A stretch of 63,988 nucleotides of DNA, filler included, from Malassezia furfur (Eukaryota), in the NCBI GenBank assembly GCA_052055015.1. It is 11 parts of 11 records of this genome, joined end to end, with 100 filler letters (N's around TTAATTAATTAA, not from the genome) between each part and the next. Parts side by side here need not be neighbours in the genome. Positions count along the whole stretch, not along the records: positions 17,961 to 23,779 come from JBQJIT010000576.1; positions 23,880 to 29,679 come from JBQJIT010000577.1; positions 29,780 to 35,548 come from JBQJIT010000578.1; 8 more parts are not named here. One strand, 5' to 3'. Positions within the stretch are counted from its first letter, which is position 1. Each line of letters begins with the position of its first letter. The notes under the pieces were generated by a model, which was given only the letters and a program-made list of their open reading frames with translations, ran no database searches and was not told the DNA's origin. Both the position numbers and the translations under genes were made by a program. Below are positions 22,678-35,648 of the stretch, piece after piece.

Positions 22678-23779
22678 TTACGGTACCGACACGAGCGCCA
22701 GCAGCTCGTCCGCGACGCTCGCCTCCACACTCGGCGTACGGATCAGCAGGTCGAGCACCGCGTCGTCCTCCTCCACCAGCAGCCCCGTACGCAGCCGCCG
22801 GCGCGACGTGTCGCCCGGCGGCGCGTGCGTGTCGCGGTCGCCGGGCGCTGGCCAGTACATGCCCTGCAGCGGCGCGGAGCCAAACACGTCCTCGCCCTCG
22901 CTCAGGAGCGCCAGCGTCTCGATCAGCCGGCGGCACAGCACGCCGTACGGGTTCCGCGCATAGTCCGGCGCGCTCTGCAGCAGGCGCCGCGCCGCACGGA
23001 ACAGCGCGCGCGGCACGCCCGGCGCGTCGCGCAGCGCATACTTCACCGCGGGCGGCGCAAGGTACGCGACGTTGAACAGGCACGTCGCGGCGGTCTCGAC
23101 GTACTCGAGGCGCGACGCACTGCTCAGCCGCCGGAAGTCGGCGAGGTCCACGGGCATCATGGCGACGAGCGCGTGCGCCAGCTGCACAAGCACCGTGCTC
23201 GGCACGAGCTGCGCCAGCACCTCGCGGTTCGCGTCGGGCAGCGCAAAGCAGCTCAGCGCCTGCAGCGCCAGCCGCGCATGGTGCGGCACCTGGTACATGA
23301 GCGCCTGCACATTCACGTTGCTCGCCGCGACGCCGGCCGCGAGGCGCTCGAGCACCAGCGGCGACGCGCCGTACCGCGCCTCAAACTCGTCCGCATCCAG
23401 CACAAAGAAGCGCTGCACGTCGAGCAGCGTCGCGGCGGTGAGCGGCGCATGCGCGCCCAGGTCGAGCGCCTCGCCCGCGACGCCCAGCACGATCGTCAGC
23501 ACGTCCTTGCGCATCTGCAGCACCTCGGCGAGCGAAAAGACGGCCAGGGCCTCGGTCGCCACCGGCGGCGCCTCGCCGTCCCACCACCGCGCGTCGCACT
23601 GCGCCGCCCGCGCGAGCGCCGCCACCACACGCAGGAAGCGGGGGTGCTGCGCGAGGAACGCGGCATTGTCGGCCATCACACTCACGTTGCGCAGCACCAC
23701 GAGCGTCGTGAGCGCCACCGACACGCGGCGGTCCGCGTCGCGCTCGGCGCGCTGCGCCACGGCCGCCGCGGTGCCGGGC
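22678..23779 (-). CDS. Probable SWI/SNF subunit Swi1/ARID1 C-terminal armadillo region, 5'-partial
   Basis: LVVLRNVS...NAAFLA, RKDVLTIV, ALQALSCFALPDANRE, RRLIETLALL resemble the fungal Swi1 C-terminus. Confidence 0.55.
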
Positions 23780-23879
23780 NNNNNNNNNNNNNNNNNNNNN
23801 NNNNNNNNNNNNNNNNNNNNNNNTTAATTAATTAANNNNNNNNNNNNNNNNNNNNNNNNNNNNNNNNNNNNNNNNNNNN

Positions 23880-24733
23880 TGCGCGACACGACAATCGACT
23901 CGGCCGCCGCCGAATTGTCCGCGTCGGGCATCTGGACGAGCGTCACTTCGCGCTGCGCGGTGAGGTTCGCGGCGAGGGGGCCGCTGCGGTACGCGGTCGC
24001 TTTGAGCATGTACTCTAGGTGCCCGAAGTCGGCGTGCAGCGTCGCCGGCAAGTCGATAGGCAGCGACATGCTAAACGGGTACTCGTATGTCCCCTTGCGC
24101 AATTCGAACCACTCGGCCGCCGGCGCCTTGCCGGGTGCCGCTGTTTCGGCGGTGTCGGCGGTCGGTGGGCGCGTGGGGATGCGCAGACCATCAAGGAAGC
24201 CCTTGAGTGGCCTCTTCTTGGGCGCACCGTTCGGCATGCGCGCTGCGAGCGCCGCGTGGGCATCCGAGTGCCGCTCCCGCCCTATGTCGTCGAGGCGCGT
24301 GAGCAGCGCTCCATTGCCGTGCGCCTGGGGCCCAGGCAATGGCATCGACTCGGGCTGGATCGATTCGGGGATGCGGTCGAGCGCAATGGGCGTGCCGAGC
24401 GTCGAGCGAAAAATGCTCGTCTTGAGGCGGAGCAGGGGTACCTGCTCAGCCACTTCGAAACGGTTCTGCCCGATGCCTGGGTAAGCGGTCGGCGTACCTT
24501 CGGGCCAGTCGGTGCGCACGATTCCGGTGAGCGTAAGCACAATGTCCTTGATGCGCGTCGGTTTCGGCAGCGAGAGCGTGACTTTGCCACGGAGCTGAGG
24601 AGGCGGCGCATCGTGGTCTTCCACGATCGACGGCCCCCGGTCCGGCCGAGGGCCAGACAGAAACACGACCGGCTCTGCAACTGCGTCAGCACACACTCGA
24701 CGCACACTCGATTTGCAGTGTAGGGCCCACCAT
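23880..24733 (-). CDS. Alpha-arrestin, 3'-partial; introns 24681-24705 (25 nt) and 24477-24497 (21 nt)
   Basis: LQIEF|AEPVVFL, LRGKVTLSL, RTDWPEG|IG, GTYEYPFSMSLP, LPATLHADFGHLEYMLKA. Confidence 0.88.
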
Positions 24734-24893
24734 TTGTCTGACACTTGGGTCCTACTCCTGGCCCATCGCCGGCCGCGCAGAGAATGGGGTGTTGGAATAC
24801 CGTATTCCCCCGCGTGGAATTTTGGTTCTGACTAAACCTGCACGGCGAGATCAGCGCTGTACACGCGCCACGCCGCACCCTCCGACCATCAAG

Positions 24894-25941
24894 ATGTCGC
24901 TGAAGAGCCAAGCTGCACTGCCACCATTGCTCATTAGCGCCAAGCAACTCTCAGGGTTGATGGGTGCGCAAAATCCGCCGCGCATTCTGGACGCGACATG
25001 GTTCCTCGGCGCGCCGGGGCAGCCACCGCGCAATGCGCACGCCGAGTTCCTCCGTGGGCCGCGCATCCCCGGCGCCCTGTTCTGGGACGTGGACAAGGTC
25101 GCGACGGTAGGTCCTGAGGTGCACAACCTCCCGCACATGATGCCCTCAGGCTCTGTCTTCGCAAAAGCCGCGAGCGAGCATGGGATCGGACCTGAAACGC
25201 ACGTTGTGGTCTACGTACGTCGATGACTCACCTAGGACACGCATGGGTGCGTCGCTCACCGTCTCACGCAGCATCTTTTCCGCGCCGCGCACGGCATTTA
25301 CGTTTGCTGCATTCGGACACAAGGCCGTGTCGGTGCTCGACGGAGGTCTTCCCGCGTGGATCGACGCGGGTGAGAAGATCGACACGGCATCGCTGAGCGC
25401 TGACCCCTCCGTGGAGCCGGTCGAATATCCCACGCCAACGCTGCGCGATGGATGGATCCGGTCGTTTGACGAGATGCTCGCCAACACCAAGCTGGGCTTC
25501 CGAAGGCAGGTGGTGTTGGATGCCCGGGCGAAGGCGCGCTTTGACGGCCACGTTGCCGAGGCGCGCCCAGGCCTCGCATCTGGGCACATCCCGGGCGCGC
25601 GATCGCTGCCGTTCATGGACGTGCTCGAGCAGCACACGGCGTCGGATCCGCGGGCGTCGGAACGGAAGTACGCGACGCTCAAGCAGCAGTCCGATCTCTG
25701 GAAGCTCGTCAACGCCGCGGTCGGCGGCGACGACGGGATCGAGAAGCTGCGCCACGATGGAAGCTCGAGCGGGTCGCTTGGCGTGTCGTTGTCGTGTGGT
25801 AGCGGTATGACGGCGAGCGTTCTGTGGCTGGCGCTGCAGCAGCTCGGCGTGAACGCAGCGATCTACGACGAGAGCTGGATGGGCTGGGGCCGCCGCGGCG
25901 CGGACGGCGAAGCGCCCGTCGAGGTGACGCCCAAGGAATAG
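24894..25941 (+). CDS. TUM1: Mercaptopyruvate/thiosulfate sulfurtransferase (tandem rhodanese); introns 25215-25235 (21 nt) and 25247-25271 (25 nt) around an 11-nt exon
   Basis: ILDATWF, RIPGA, LPHMMP, spliced VVVY|DTHG|IFSAPR, SGHIPGA, active site SCGSGMTA, YDESW. Confidence 0.92.
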
Positions 25942-25968
25942 AGATGCTCATCTTCACGGTATCTAGCG

Positions 25969-26667
25969 CTACACAAGTACATCGTCGTACGTAATGCCCT
26001 CTGTCGGTTAGACGTCCATACGTACTCAACGATCCTCCCGCCAGCGCGCGCTTGACGTGGTTGGCAAACGCAGCGCGGTCACGGCGCAGATCATCGGCAG
26101 CCTCTGGGTGTGAGCGGGGGGGTGCGCGAGCGGCGTACCTTTGTTCAATGGGTCGTCGGGGTTCGGGTCCAGGAACAGGAATTGCAGACCGACCAGCACC
26201 GAGTTGAGGTTCAGGATCGGATTCCATTCCTCACGCAGGATGTTAAGGCATACGTTGCCCTCCAAGTCAAGGTTCGGATGATAGAGCTGAGTGAGGCGTG
26301 CGGCGTACCTTTTGGACGCACCGCACCTTGGGCGGGTCGTGCGGGTAGTTGTTGTTGATGGCGACCGTGAAGCGGAAGGCGCCACCTTTGTACATGCCTG
26401 GGTTAACATGCGACGTGCTTACCCTCGTCCGGCGTGATGGTCACCTCAAAGTGCATCAAGTCGGCCGGGTCAGGGAACTGCGTCTGCATCGTGCTGGGTA
26501 GCTCGAGTTCCGTGAGGTCTGGGTGAGTGCGGAGGCACACGCACCCTTTTGGACACGCAGCTGTGCGGGCGAAGTCTTGGGCCGCTGCTTCTTGGCCTCG
26601 TCCGCCTCCTTCTTCTGGCTCCAGAGCTGCGGTCAGTGCGCCAGGGGCGGCTGCGTACATTGATCAT
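25969..26667 (-). CDS. UBC12: NEDD8-conjugating enzyme; six introns (26627-26658, 26519-26544, 26398-26422, 26287-26308, 26104-26138, 26001-26025)
   Basis: Spliced MINLWSQKK...AQLRVQKDLTEL...PDEGMYKGG...[20 protein letters not shown]...DPLNKEAA...GITYDDVLV*. Confidence 0.93.
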
Positions 26668-26710
26668 GGTGGACCGCTGACTAAGCCAGCTCTTGTGCAT
26701 TTGCGCAACC

Positions 26711-28109
<1,399 letters not shown>

Positions 28110-28130
28110 ACACCCGTAGACGCTACCGTA

Positions 28131-29048
28131 CTAGGTACCCACTGCCCGGCGCACGCCGTGCATCACCGAGCGCGTCGCCCACAGCATGGCGAGCAGGGTG
28201 ATGGCCAGCACCGCGGGATAGAGCGTCACGTTGCCGATCGGCACGGGCGTGGTCATCTCCGTGGTTGCGCGCGGAAGCGTCCTAGGCGTGTACAGCGCCT
28301 GGTCGTTGGGCGCGAGCGCCGCACGGAGCTCGGTGCGCAGGTGCGCATGCGTGCTGGGCAGCACGTCGTCGACGTCGACCTCACGCCAGACCATCGTGTC
28401 TGGCATGGACGCGCACGTCGCAAACACAATCGGCCCACCGTCTGCAATGATCGGCACGTGCTCGTAGTGCTGCTCGCCCCAGCGCCGGATGCGCGGCGCA
28501 ATGGACGTCGCCCACGTGTGGTGGAAGCGGTGCGCCGCGTGTGCAATGGCGTGTGCGGCGCCGTGCGCGCCGTCGTCGTCGCCAGGCGCATGCGGAGGCG
28601 GCGCATCGCGGTGCGGTATGCGCGCGGGATGGTAGCGCACATGCAAGGGAATGTGTACCTGCGAGTCGATCGCGTCTCCCGTACCTTGCGCGAGCTCGAG
28701 CAGGACGGCGGAGTACTCGCACGTTGGTCCGTGGCACGTTGGCGTCGAGCGCGCAAGCGCCGTGGTCGACACGTCCTCGGCGGAGGCTTCGGCCCCGCCG
28801 ACCTCCGCGTCGGTTGCCCAGCCGACGGGCTTCTCGAGCTCGAGGTGCCCGAGAAACTGCACGTCGCTCACCGGCTCGGTGCGTTCCATGCGAGCCGTGT
28901 ACGGGTCGAAGAAGACGTCCGGGGGCAGCGGCGCAGCGATGTACACGGTACACTGCTCGGCATGGGCGATCTCCCCCGGCACCGTGACGACGAGCCGCGG
29001 CGCGAAGGAGCGGCGCGCCTCTGCCGCATACTCCACCGTGGGGTCCAT
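28131..29048 (-). CDS. PIG-X/Pbn1-like GPI mannosyltransferase I subunit
   Basis: [29 protein letters not shown] and a C-terminal TM helix. Confidence 0.75.
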   Translation of the reverse strand: MDPTVEYAAEARRSFAPRLVVTVPGEIAHAEQCTVYIAAPLPPDVFFDPYTARMERTEPVSDVQFLGHLELEKPVGWATDAEVGGAEASAEDVSTTALARSTPTCHGPTCEYSAVLLELAQGTGDAIDSQVHIPLHVRYHPARIPHRDAPPPHAPGDDDGAHGAAHAIAHAAHRFHHTWATSIAPRIRRWGEQHYEHVPIIADGGPIVFATCASMPDTMVWREVDVDDVLPSTHAHLRTELRAALAPNDQALYTPRTLPRATTEMTTPVPIGNVTLYPAVLAITLLAMLWATRSVMHGVRRAVGT

Positions 29049-29138
29049 CGAGGTGCGGGGTGGGTCGCACGTGGGGCCACGTGACGCCCGCGCTCAGGAC
29101 ACACGACGGCCTCGGCTGCCCCGCAAGCGCTCCACACC

Positions 29139-29679
29139 ATGGCGGAGCAAGGCACGTCCACGACGCCGCGGTCGCCGGACCCGGCAGAGCCCGTACCTGT
29201 GTCAAAGCTGAAGTCGGTGAACCGCGATGCGCTTGCGCCTGCCTCGGGCAGCGAGACGCCGACGCCGATCCCGAGCACTGATGCCGACCTGGGCAGTCGA
29301 GAGGCGGCGACGCCGCCGGCGACCGCGCGGCCGCGCGCGCCGTCCGCCGCGACCGAGTTGCTATCGCGCCCTGCATTTGCGCCCGATGCGTCGATGCGGC
29401 GCAAGTTCGAGGAACAGGTGGCCACGACGCCACTTGGATCGACGTCCGATGGCCTCCTGGCCCTGCTGCGCGACCATCCGGAGTTGGTGTCGGACGAGCT
29501 GGCGAAGGAGGCAGAGAAGATTCTGCCGAGCGAGGTGACGCTTCCGCTGTCGCATGGGTCGAGCAGCTACATCAGCACGCCGAACGAGGCGCAGAACGTG
29601 GCGAGTACGCTGTTCCCCGGCGAGCCTGCGCACGAGACGCAGGCCGAGGTGCTGAACCCCGTGGGCCCGACCTTCCCGC
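29139..29679 (+). CDS. N-terminus of an unidentified protein, 3'-partial
   Basis: ATG in ACACCATGG context downstream of a double E-box, open to the contig end; S/T/P-rich. Confidence 0.65.
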
Positions 29680-29779
29680 NNNNNNNNNNNNNNNNNNNNN
29701 NNNNNNNNNNNNNNNNNNNNNNNTTAATTAATTAANNNNNNNNNNNNNNNNNNNNNNNNNNNNNNNNNNNNNNNNNNNN

Positions 29780-30574
29780 CGTCCGCGTCCATACGCAGGC
29801 GGCGCGCATCCACCTCGGCGGACGTCGGCGCACTCGCAAAATAGTACCGCGGACGCACCGCCTCGGCGAGGCGCGCGAGGGCCTCGACGCCCCACGGCTC
29901 CGCCTCGGGGGGTTGCGCGACCGACGACAGCCGCGTAATGCGTTTCGGCCATGCATTCGTCAGCAAAAAGTCGACCGGAACACGCTGCGCCAGACGCGCC
30001 GCGTCCTCCGCGGCTCGCTCGGCGTACGCGGCCAGCGCCGCGGCGTGTGCACGCGCCGCCTGCAGACTATCGGCTTCGACGTCGAGCGGCGGCGGCGCAT
30101 CGACGAGCGCGAGGCGGGGATCGCTGAGCAGCGTGTCGACCGCATCCATCGGATCGAGTGAGCTCTCGGCGTGCGTGGCGCCGCTCCCGCCGCAGAACGC
30201 GATGCGCATACCGTCGACCTCGGCCAGACCGACGCGGCCCAAGTAGTAGAGGTGGGGGGCCAGCTGCTGCACGCCGCCGTCATCCCGCACGTTGATGCCC
30301 TCGGGCAGCGCACGCGTCCCGTGATAGAAGTAAGTCGGCACCGCGACTGGGTCAGCGTCGCTGTACGTACGGGGCAGCTCGCCTGCGAGCAATCTTCGCG
30401 CGTCGCCGTCCAGCTCCGTGCCAAACAGGTCGCCGACGACAAACGCCGCGGAAAACGGTCCATGTTTCGCCTGGATCGCACCAAGTTTGCTCGACAGCTC
30501 CGCACAGCGGCCGTCGGGCGCGCCGAGGATCAGCCTGCGTCAGTTGCACCCACGCACACTTTGCGCGCTGCCAT
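29780..30574 (-). CDS. CWF19-like 1 / Drn1 protein, 3'-partial; introns 30535-30557 (23 nt) and 30347-30370 (24 nt)
   Basis: KV|LILG...AIQAKHGPFSAAFVVGDLF...VPTYF...LYYLGRVG...VDFLLTNAWP...RPRYYF. Confidence 0.85.
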
Positions 30575-30622
30575 CGCCGAAGCGTGAATCTCCACCTCCA
30601 CCTCCCCGCGTTGCTCGTTGTC

Positions 30623-30929
30623 ATGGCGTCGATCGAGGTAACGCCGTCGCGCGTCGCGCCCCGTGGCCCGGACCCTGCTCGGTAGGTCGCCCCCCTGACC
30701 CAGTGGCGTGTACTTCAAGCTGGCCTTTTTCTCCATCGCGCTGTTTTTCGCGCCGATCACCGCGTACTACTATGCCAAGGACCGTTTCCTGGGCGGCGAC
30801 GCCGTGTACGCCGGCGGCCTTGCCGCCGTCGTTGCCAACGTCGTGCTCTTTGGCTACATCCTTGTGGCATGCCTCGAGGACGACGGAACCAAGGCCAAGG
30901 CCAAGGCTGCCGAGAAGAAGAGCGAATAG
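30623..30929 (+). CDS. VMA21: V-ATPase assembly factor Vma21; intron 30682-30703 (22 nt)
   Basis: VYFKLAFFSIALFFAPITAYY...AGGLAAVVANVVLFGYILVACLED, with C-terminal KKSE (KKxx ER retrieval). Confidence 0.9.
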
Positions 30930-30941
30930 ATGTACAATACA

Positions 30942-31610
30942 CTACAGGACTATACCGTCGCTCACGGCAGGATGCCGCGGCGGCCGCGGCGGCACGACGC
31001 GCCCGCCTGGCGCGGGAATCGGACGTGGCGCAGGAATCGGCAGCACAAGCCGAAACGAGTCTTTGCCTGCGTGAGACGCACCACGCACCATTTAGGTAGA
31101 ATCGGTAGAGGCGCTTTTCGCGCAGGAAGCCAAGGCGCTCGTACAGTCGCAGTGCCGCGGCATTGTCGACCTCGGTTTCGAGCACAATCTCGGCCGCACC
31201 GCCCTGCACCATTTCATCCACGGCGCGGCGGATGAGCTGTGCACCGATACCGTGCCCACGCCAGCGTGGGTCGACACTCAACATTGCAATGTAGCCCCGC
31301 CAGAGTCGCGCGCCGCGCATGTGCCGGTCGAGGCGGCCGATGATCACACCTACCGCCGTTTCGTTGTTTTGTGCGTCACGAATATATGCCTGCGTCAGAG
31401 AGGGGCGTACGAGGAAGCAGAGATGCGGCCTGGGTGAGCGGGGCACGTACCATTGGTGCAGAAAGTAGCGGTACGTATAGATGTTGTACGGCTCGCTGGT
31501 GTCAGAGAGCTGGCGTACCTCAGTTCGGTCTCGATGAGCCGCATAACGTCGGGAAGCGACGGTGCGCCGTCGTACACACGCAGCGACACCTCTGGATGCG
31601 GCGTCGACAT
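30942..31610 (-). CDS. MAK3: NatC catalytic subunit (Naa30); introns 31496-31518 (23 nt), 31430-31450 (21), 31390-31410 (21), 31067-31088 (22)
   Basis: Spliced LIETELS|EPYNIYTYRYFLHQW|PHLCFL|AY...RGYIAMLSV...RGHGIG...LETEVDN...LYERLGF...RFYLNG|KDSFRL. Confidence 0.93.
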
Positions 31611-32051
31611 GCACACAGGTTGGCCAGAAGATGACATGCAAATTGCTCCACTTTCGCCCAATTCCCCAAACGGAGTGACAGGTCCGTGCACCGACGGTAG
31701 GAGGACGGTCTGCCATGCTGCTCTGAATACTCGTAATTGCCTGGTCGCAGAAAGGAACAGGAAGCTATCCGCCCTCTCAACATAGCTATAAGAGCGCGCA
31801 GTCTGTGCGGCAAGCCGTGCAGGAGCTATTTGATGTCGTGCATAGACCGTCATGATGGCGCCCCACGCGAGGAACCCTTCCTCTTTGGGCACGTCCCATG
31901 TCCCATCTTCGCCCCGAGCCTCCCCTGCTCGTGCCGCGCCGTGCGCTTGCCGGCATCAGCAGCATCACCATGGTGCCTCTGTGCGGATGGGGCACTTCTG
32001 ACTAAGCGGCGCACGGACTAGCGAGGTCGGATTCTACCACCATTCCCCAAC

Positions 32052-33005
32052 ATGTGGCTCTTCGACCTCTACGTCAAGTTTGTGGTGTTCTGGCTTTCGT
32101 ATGCACTACGCCTGCATGACTTTATCAAGATCAAGCTCACTGAGAAGCTGCGCCCTCTTGTGCCCGGCGTGCGCGTCGAGTACATCAAGATCCCTTCCCG
32201 AGACGAGGGCCGCTTCATCCCCGCCATCCGGTACACGCCCGAGGGTGCGACGGGCGCGCTGCCTGTCCACGTCAACTTCCAGGCGTCTGGATGGGTGCTA
32301 ATGCGTCTTGGGCTGGACCGCTACATGCTGAGCCTGTTTGCCAAGCGCCTGAATGCGACGGTCATCGACGCGGCGTATCGGCGTGCGCCCTGGTACCGGT
32401 TCCCCTCGGCGCAGGACGACTGTGAGGATGCGACAGCGTACGTCTTTGCGAACCCGTCGCTGTACGACTCGTCGCGTGTGACGCTTGGTGGCTCGAGCGC
32501 CGGCGGCTGCATGGCGCTGGTGACGGCCGCGACATTTGGCCCGTCGAAGATCAAGGGCGTGTTTTCGCTGTACCCCGTGACGCGGATGGAGCGCCATGCG
32601 GAGATGAAGAAGCACAAGGTACAGCTGAACAAGAAGTTCCACAGCGGGATTGTGATCCCGGCGTGGATCATGTCCTTCTTTGTGCTGGCGTACGCGAACG
32701 GCGATGAGGCCGAGCTGAACGACGTGCGGTTCAGCCCATTCAAAGAATCTGTATCCAAGTTCCCCGAGCACATTCTACTTGCGTGCGGCGACGCCGACAC
32801 GCTCTATGGCGACGGCAAGGTGCTCATCGAGAAGATCCACCGTGAAGGCTCCGAGGGACAGAAGAAGAACACCGAATTCCTTTCGATTCCGGACGAGGCG
32901 CACGAGTTCAACAATTTCCCACAATCGCCGCACTCGGTGGAATGGCGCGACAAGCTGTACGAGGCCGCCATTGCCAAGCTCCAGGCGGCCTGGGCGCGTC
33001 CGTAG
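32052..33005 (+). CDS. Alpha/beta hydrolase (HSL/abhydrolase_3 family esterase), tandem copy 1
   Basis: VHVNFQASGW, YRRAPWYRFPSAQDD, GSSAGG nucleophile, DADTL, EAHEF. An upstream exon cannot be excluded. Confidence 0.88.
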   Translation: MWLFDLYVKFVVFWLSYALRLHDFIKIKLTEKLRPLVPGVRVEYIKIPSRDEGRFIPAIRYTPEGATGALPVHVNFQASGWVLMRLGLDRYMLSLFAKRLNATVIDAAYRRAPWYRFPSAQDDCEDATAYVFANPSLYDSSRVTLGGSSAGGCMALVTAATFGPSKIKGVFSLYPVTRMERHAEMKKHKVQLNKKFHSGIVIPAWIMSFFVLAYANGDEAELNDVRFSPFKESVSKFPEHILLACGDADTLYGDGKVLIEKIHREGSEGQKKNTEFLSIPDEAHEFNNFPQSPHSVEWRDKLYEAAIAKLQAAWARP

Positions 33006-33072
33006 GAGTGGCACGTGATCAAGGACCGGCGCTTCTCCACAACCGGCGCCGGCGTTTCTCCGCACCACGAAT

Positions 33073-34118
33073 ATGGCGCAGGCAACGCGACCGGAGCTCC
33101 CGGCTGTGCACCATGCATGGGGCTTGCACTATATCTGGCTGTGGATCAAGGTGGCGTTCCTCCGGCTGGTCGCACGCTACACTGTGCATGCCACCGACCA
33201 TCTGCGTCCGCAAGTCGGCGACGATGTGCGGGTCGAAAAGATTCACTTCCCCTCGCGCGATAAAGGGCGCTCGATCGTGGCGTATGTATACACGCCCGTG
33301 GACCTGCCACCTGGGCCGCAGGCTGTGCATGTCAACGTGCACGGTGGTGGATTTGGTACGTGCTTTGTCTGACCGCAGCGGTGCCCGCCTTCTATGGCAA
33401 CTCGCGCTACTTTTGCTACTTGGTTGCGTCGCAGCTCCGCTGTGTGGTGATCGACACCGACTACCGCAAGGCGCCCGAGTATCCGTACCCGTTCCCGACG
33501 CGCGACGTGGAGGACTGCCTCGTGTGGGTGCAGACGCAGACGCAGCGCTTCAACCGGAACCTGATCACCATGAGCGGTTTCAGTGCGGGTGCGAACCTGG
33601 CGCTCTCGACGGCGAACAAGGTGGGCCCCGAGGTGGTCAAGGCGGTGGTCGCCTACTACCCCCCGACGGACGCCACCACCGAGACGGCGGCGCTCGGCCT
33701 GCGCGAGCACCCCGACCCGCCGGAGTCGGCGCGCAGCGGAGCGCACCTGGTGTCGTGGGTGTTTTCGACGTTCTTCCAGTCGTACCTGCCGCCGCACGTC
33801 AGCCCTGCGATCCCCGAGGTGAGCGTGCTCTTTCTGCCGCTCGAGCGCTACCCCGAGCACCTGTTCTTTGCTGCGGGCCGTTGCGATGTGCTGCACGAGA
33901 ACTCGAACGATTTCTACCAGAAGGTGCAGGCCGAGGGGCGCCCCGCGCAGCGCATGCGCACGCGGTTCATTAGTGTGCCGAACGAGGACCACGCGTTTGA
34001 CGAGCAGCCGTCGTGCCCCGAGTCGGTCGCATGGCGCGACAAAATCTACGACGCGGGCGTCGCGACGATCCGCGCTGCCCAGGACGAGGAGCGGGCCAAG
34101 CTGCGTGGTGCGGCGTGA
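33073..34118 (+). CDS. Alpha/beta hydrolase (HSL family esterase), tandem copy 2; intron 33356-33378 (23 nt)
   Basis: VHVNVHGGGF|AVP, DYRKAPEYPYP, GFSAGA, CDVL, EDHAFD. Confidence 0.9.
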
Positions 34119-34123
34119 GCGCA

Positions 34124-35548
34124 TTACCACAAGAAGCGCTGCCAGCCCTCGGTGCCTTCCCATGTAAAGGGCCGATAGAGGAAGACATAGATCGTGGCGA
34201 CATTGATGGCCGTGTACCAGACCAGCTCGAGCACCACGGCGGCGAGCGCGCGGGGACGCACGATCGTTGCGCGCGCGACCTCGAGTCGCAGCACAATGTA
34301 CGGCAGGACAAAGTAGCGCGGCTCGAGCAGCGGCGTCGGCACGACGGTCAGCGCCAGCGCCGCTAGGAAACCGGCGAGCCAGTAGGCACAGCGCGTGTGG
34401 CCTGGGTCAGTAGCGTCGACGTACGCAGGGACGACATCCACAGCAGGCCGCTCGCAACGTACGCGGGCACGAGCGCGTAGCGCGACCAGGGCGTGGCGTC
34501 AATGATGCGGCGCCACACGTAGAACGTGTAGTGCCGGTTGTCGGCGAGCAGGAAGGGGTGGACGTAGGTGCCGACGTACACGCCGACGCACCCCACCGCC
34601 GACAGGGCTACCCAGAGCGTCACCGCACGGCGGTCGATCCGCACCGGGCGCTGCCATAGTGCGCACGCGAGCCCCGGCCATCCGAAAAAGAGGGCAAACG
34701 CGAAAAAGTAGCCGAGCTGCGGCACATGGAACGCGAGCTGGTGGTGCGCCTTGTCGCCGAGCGCGATCGCGCCGCCGTTCCACACGACGAATGCGGCAAA
34801 CAGGCCGAGCGTCGGTACGTACGGCAGCGCAATGTCGATCAGCGCATGGCGCACTGCGCGCTGCTCCAGGAGCGGGCGGAGCGGCGGGGCCCTGGACCAT
34901 GCGAGGCTCGGCGTGCGGCGGCGCAGCTCGGCGAGGAGCGCCTGCCCGAGGATAAAAGCGACCCACACCACGTTTGTCTGGCGCACGGTCATGGCCACGA
35001 GGCCCATGATCGAGGCAAAGAGGTGCTGTTGTGCCTCGGCGAGCGTCATGGCGACGAGCACCAGCACGATGCTCGTGACGTCCGTGTAGTACAAAAAGCC
35101 AAAGAAGTACAGCGGGGGAATCGTGGCCACCACAAGCCCCACAAGCGAGCGGTACATGGGCGCGTAGCGCGACAGCGACGGCATCGTGATGCCGAGGTAC
35201 ATGTCGATGAGCAGCGGGAGCGCCATGAGGCCCGCAAGCGACACGGTGCGCAGCATCGTCAGGCGCGTGCAGTCCGTGTCCCAGCCGCCGAGGTACCCGA
35301 TCCGCTGGTACACCAGTGTGAGCCAATAAAGACCGGGCGGCGTCGTGACCTGCGGATCCGGCGTCCAGGCGCGCCGGCACATGAGGACCGCCTGCGGCAC
35401 ATGGAAAATTTCGTCCTGCATCAGTGCGCAGCGCCTACCATGTACGGCTCCGGCACGATCGAGTCTACGAGTTGCTTGACATGCGCGCCGTACCGCGCGA
35501 GCGACAGGCCGCCGCCGACCTGCACCAGCAGCGAGATGACCGGCAGCA
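34124..35548 (-). CDS. ALG10: Alpha-1,2-glucosyltransferase Alg10/Die2, 5'-partial; introns 35416-35438 and 34402-34424 (23 nt each)
   Basis: VPEPYM|DEIFHVPQA, TTPPGLY, FLYYTDV, RQTNVVW, WNGG..LGDK, HPFLLADNRHYTFYVWRR, PLLEPRYF, WQRFLW*. Confidence 0.93.
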
Positions 35549-35648
35549 NNNNNNNNNNNNNNNNNNNNNNNNNNNNNNNNNNNNNNNNNNNNTTAATTAA
35601 TTAANNNNNNNNNNNNNNNNNNNNNNNNNNNNNNNNNNNNNNNNNNNN

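Noticed and set aside
31704..31851. 8-bp inverted repeat GACGGTCT/AGACCGTC around a TATAAG-containing intergenic segment (MITE or ncRNA?)
   Set aside because: Too short, no target-site duplication and no second copy; more simply the divergent MAK3/esterase promoter.
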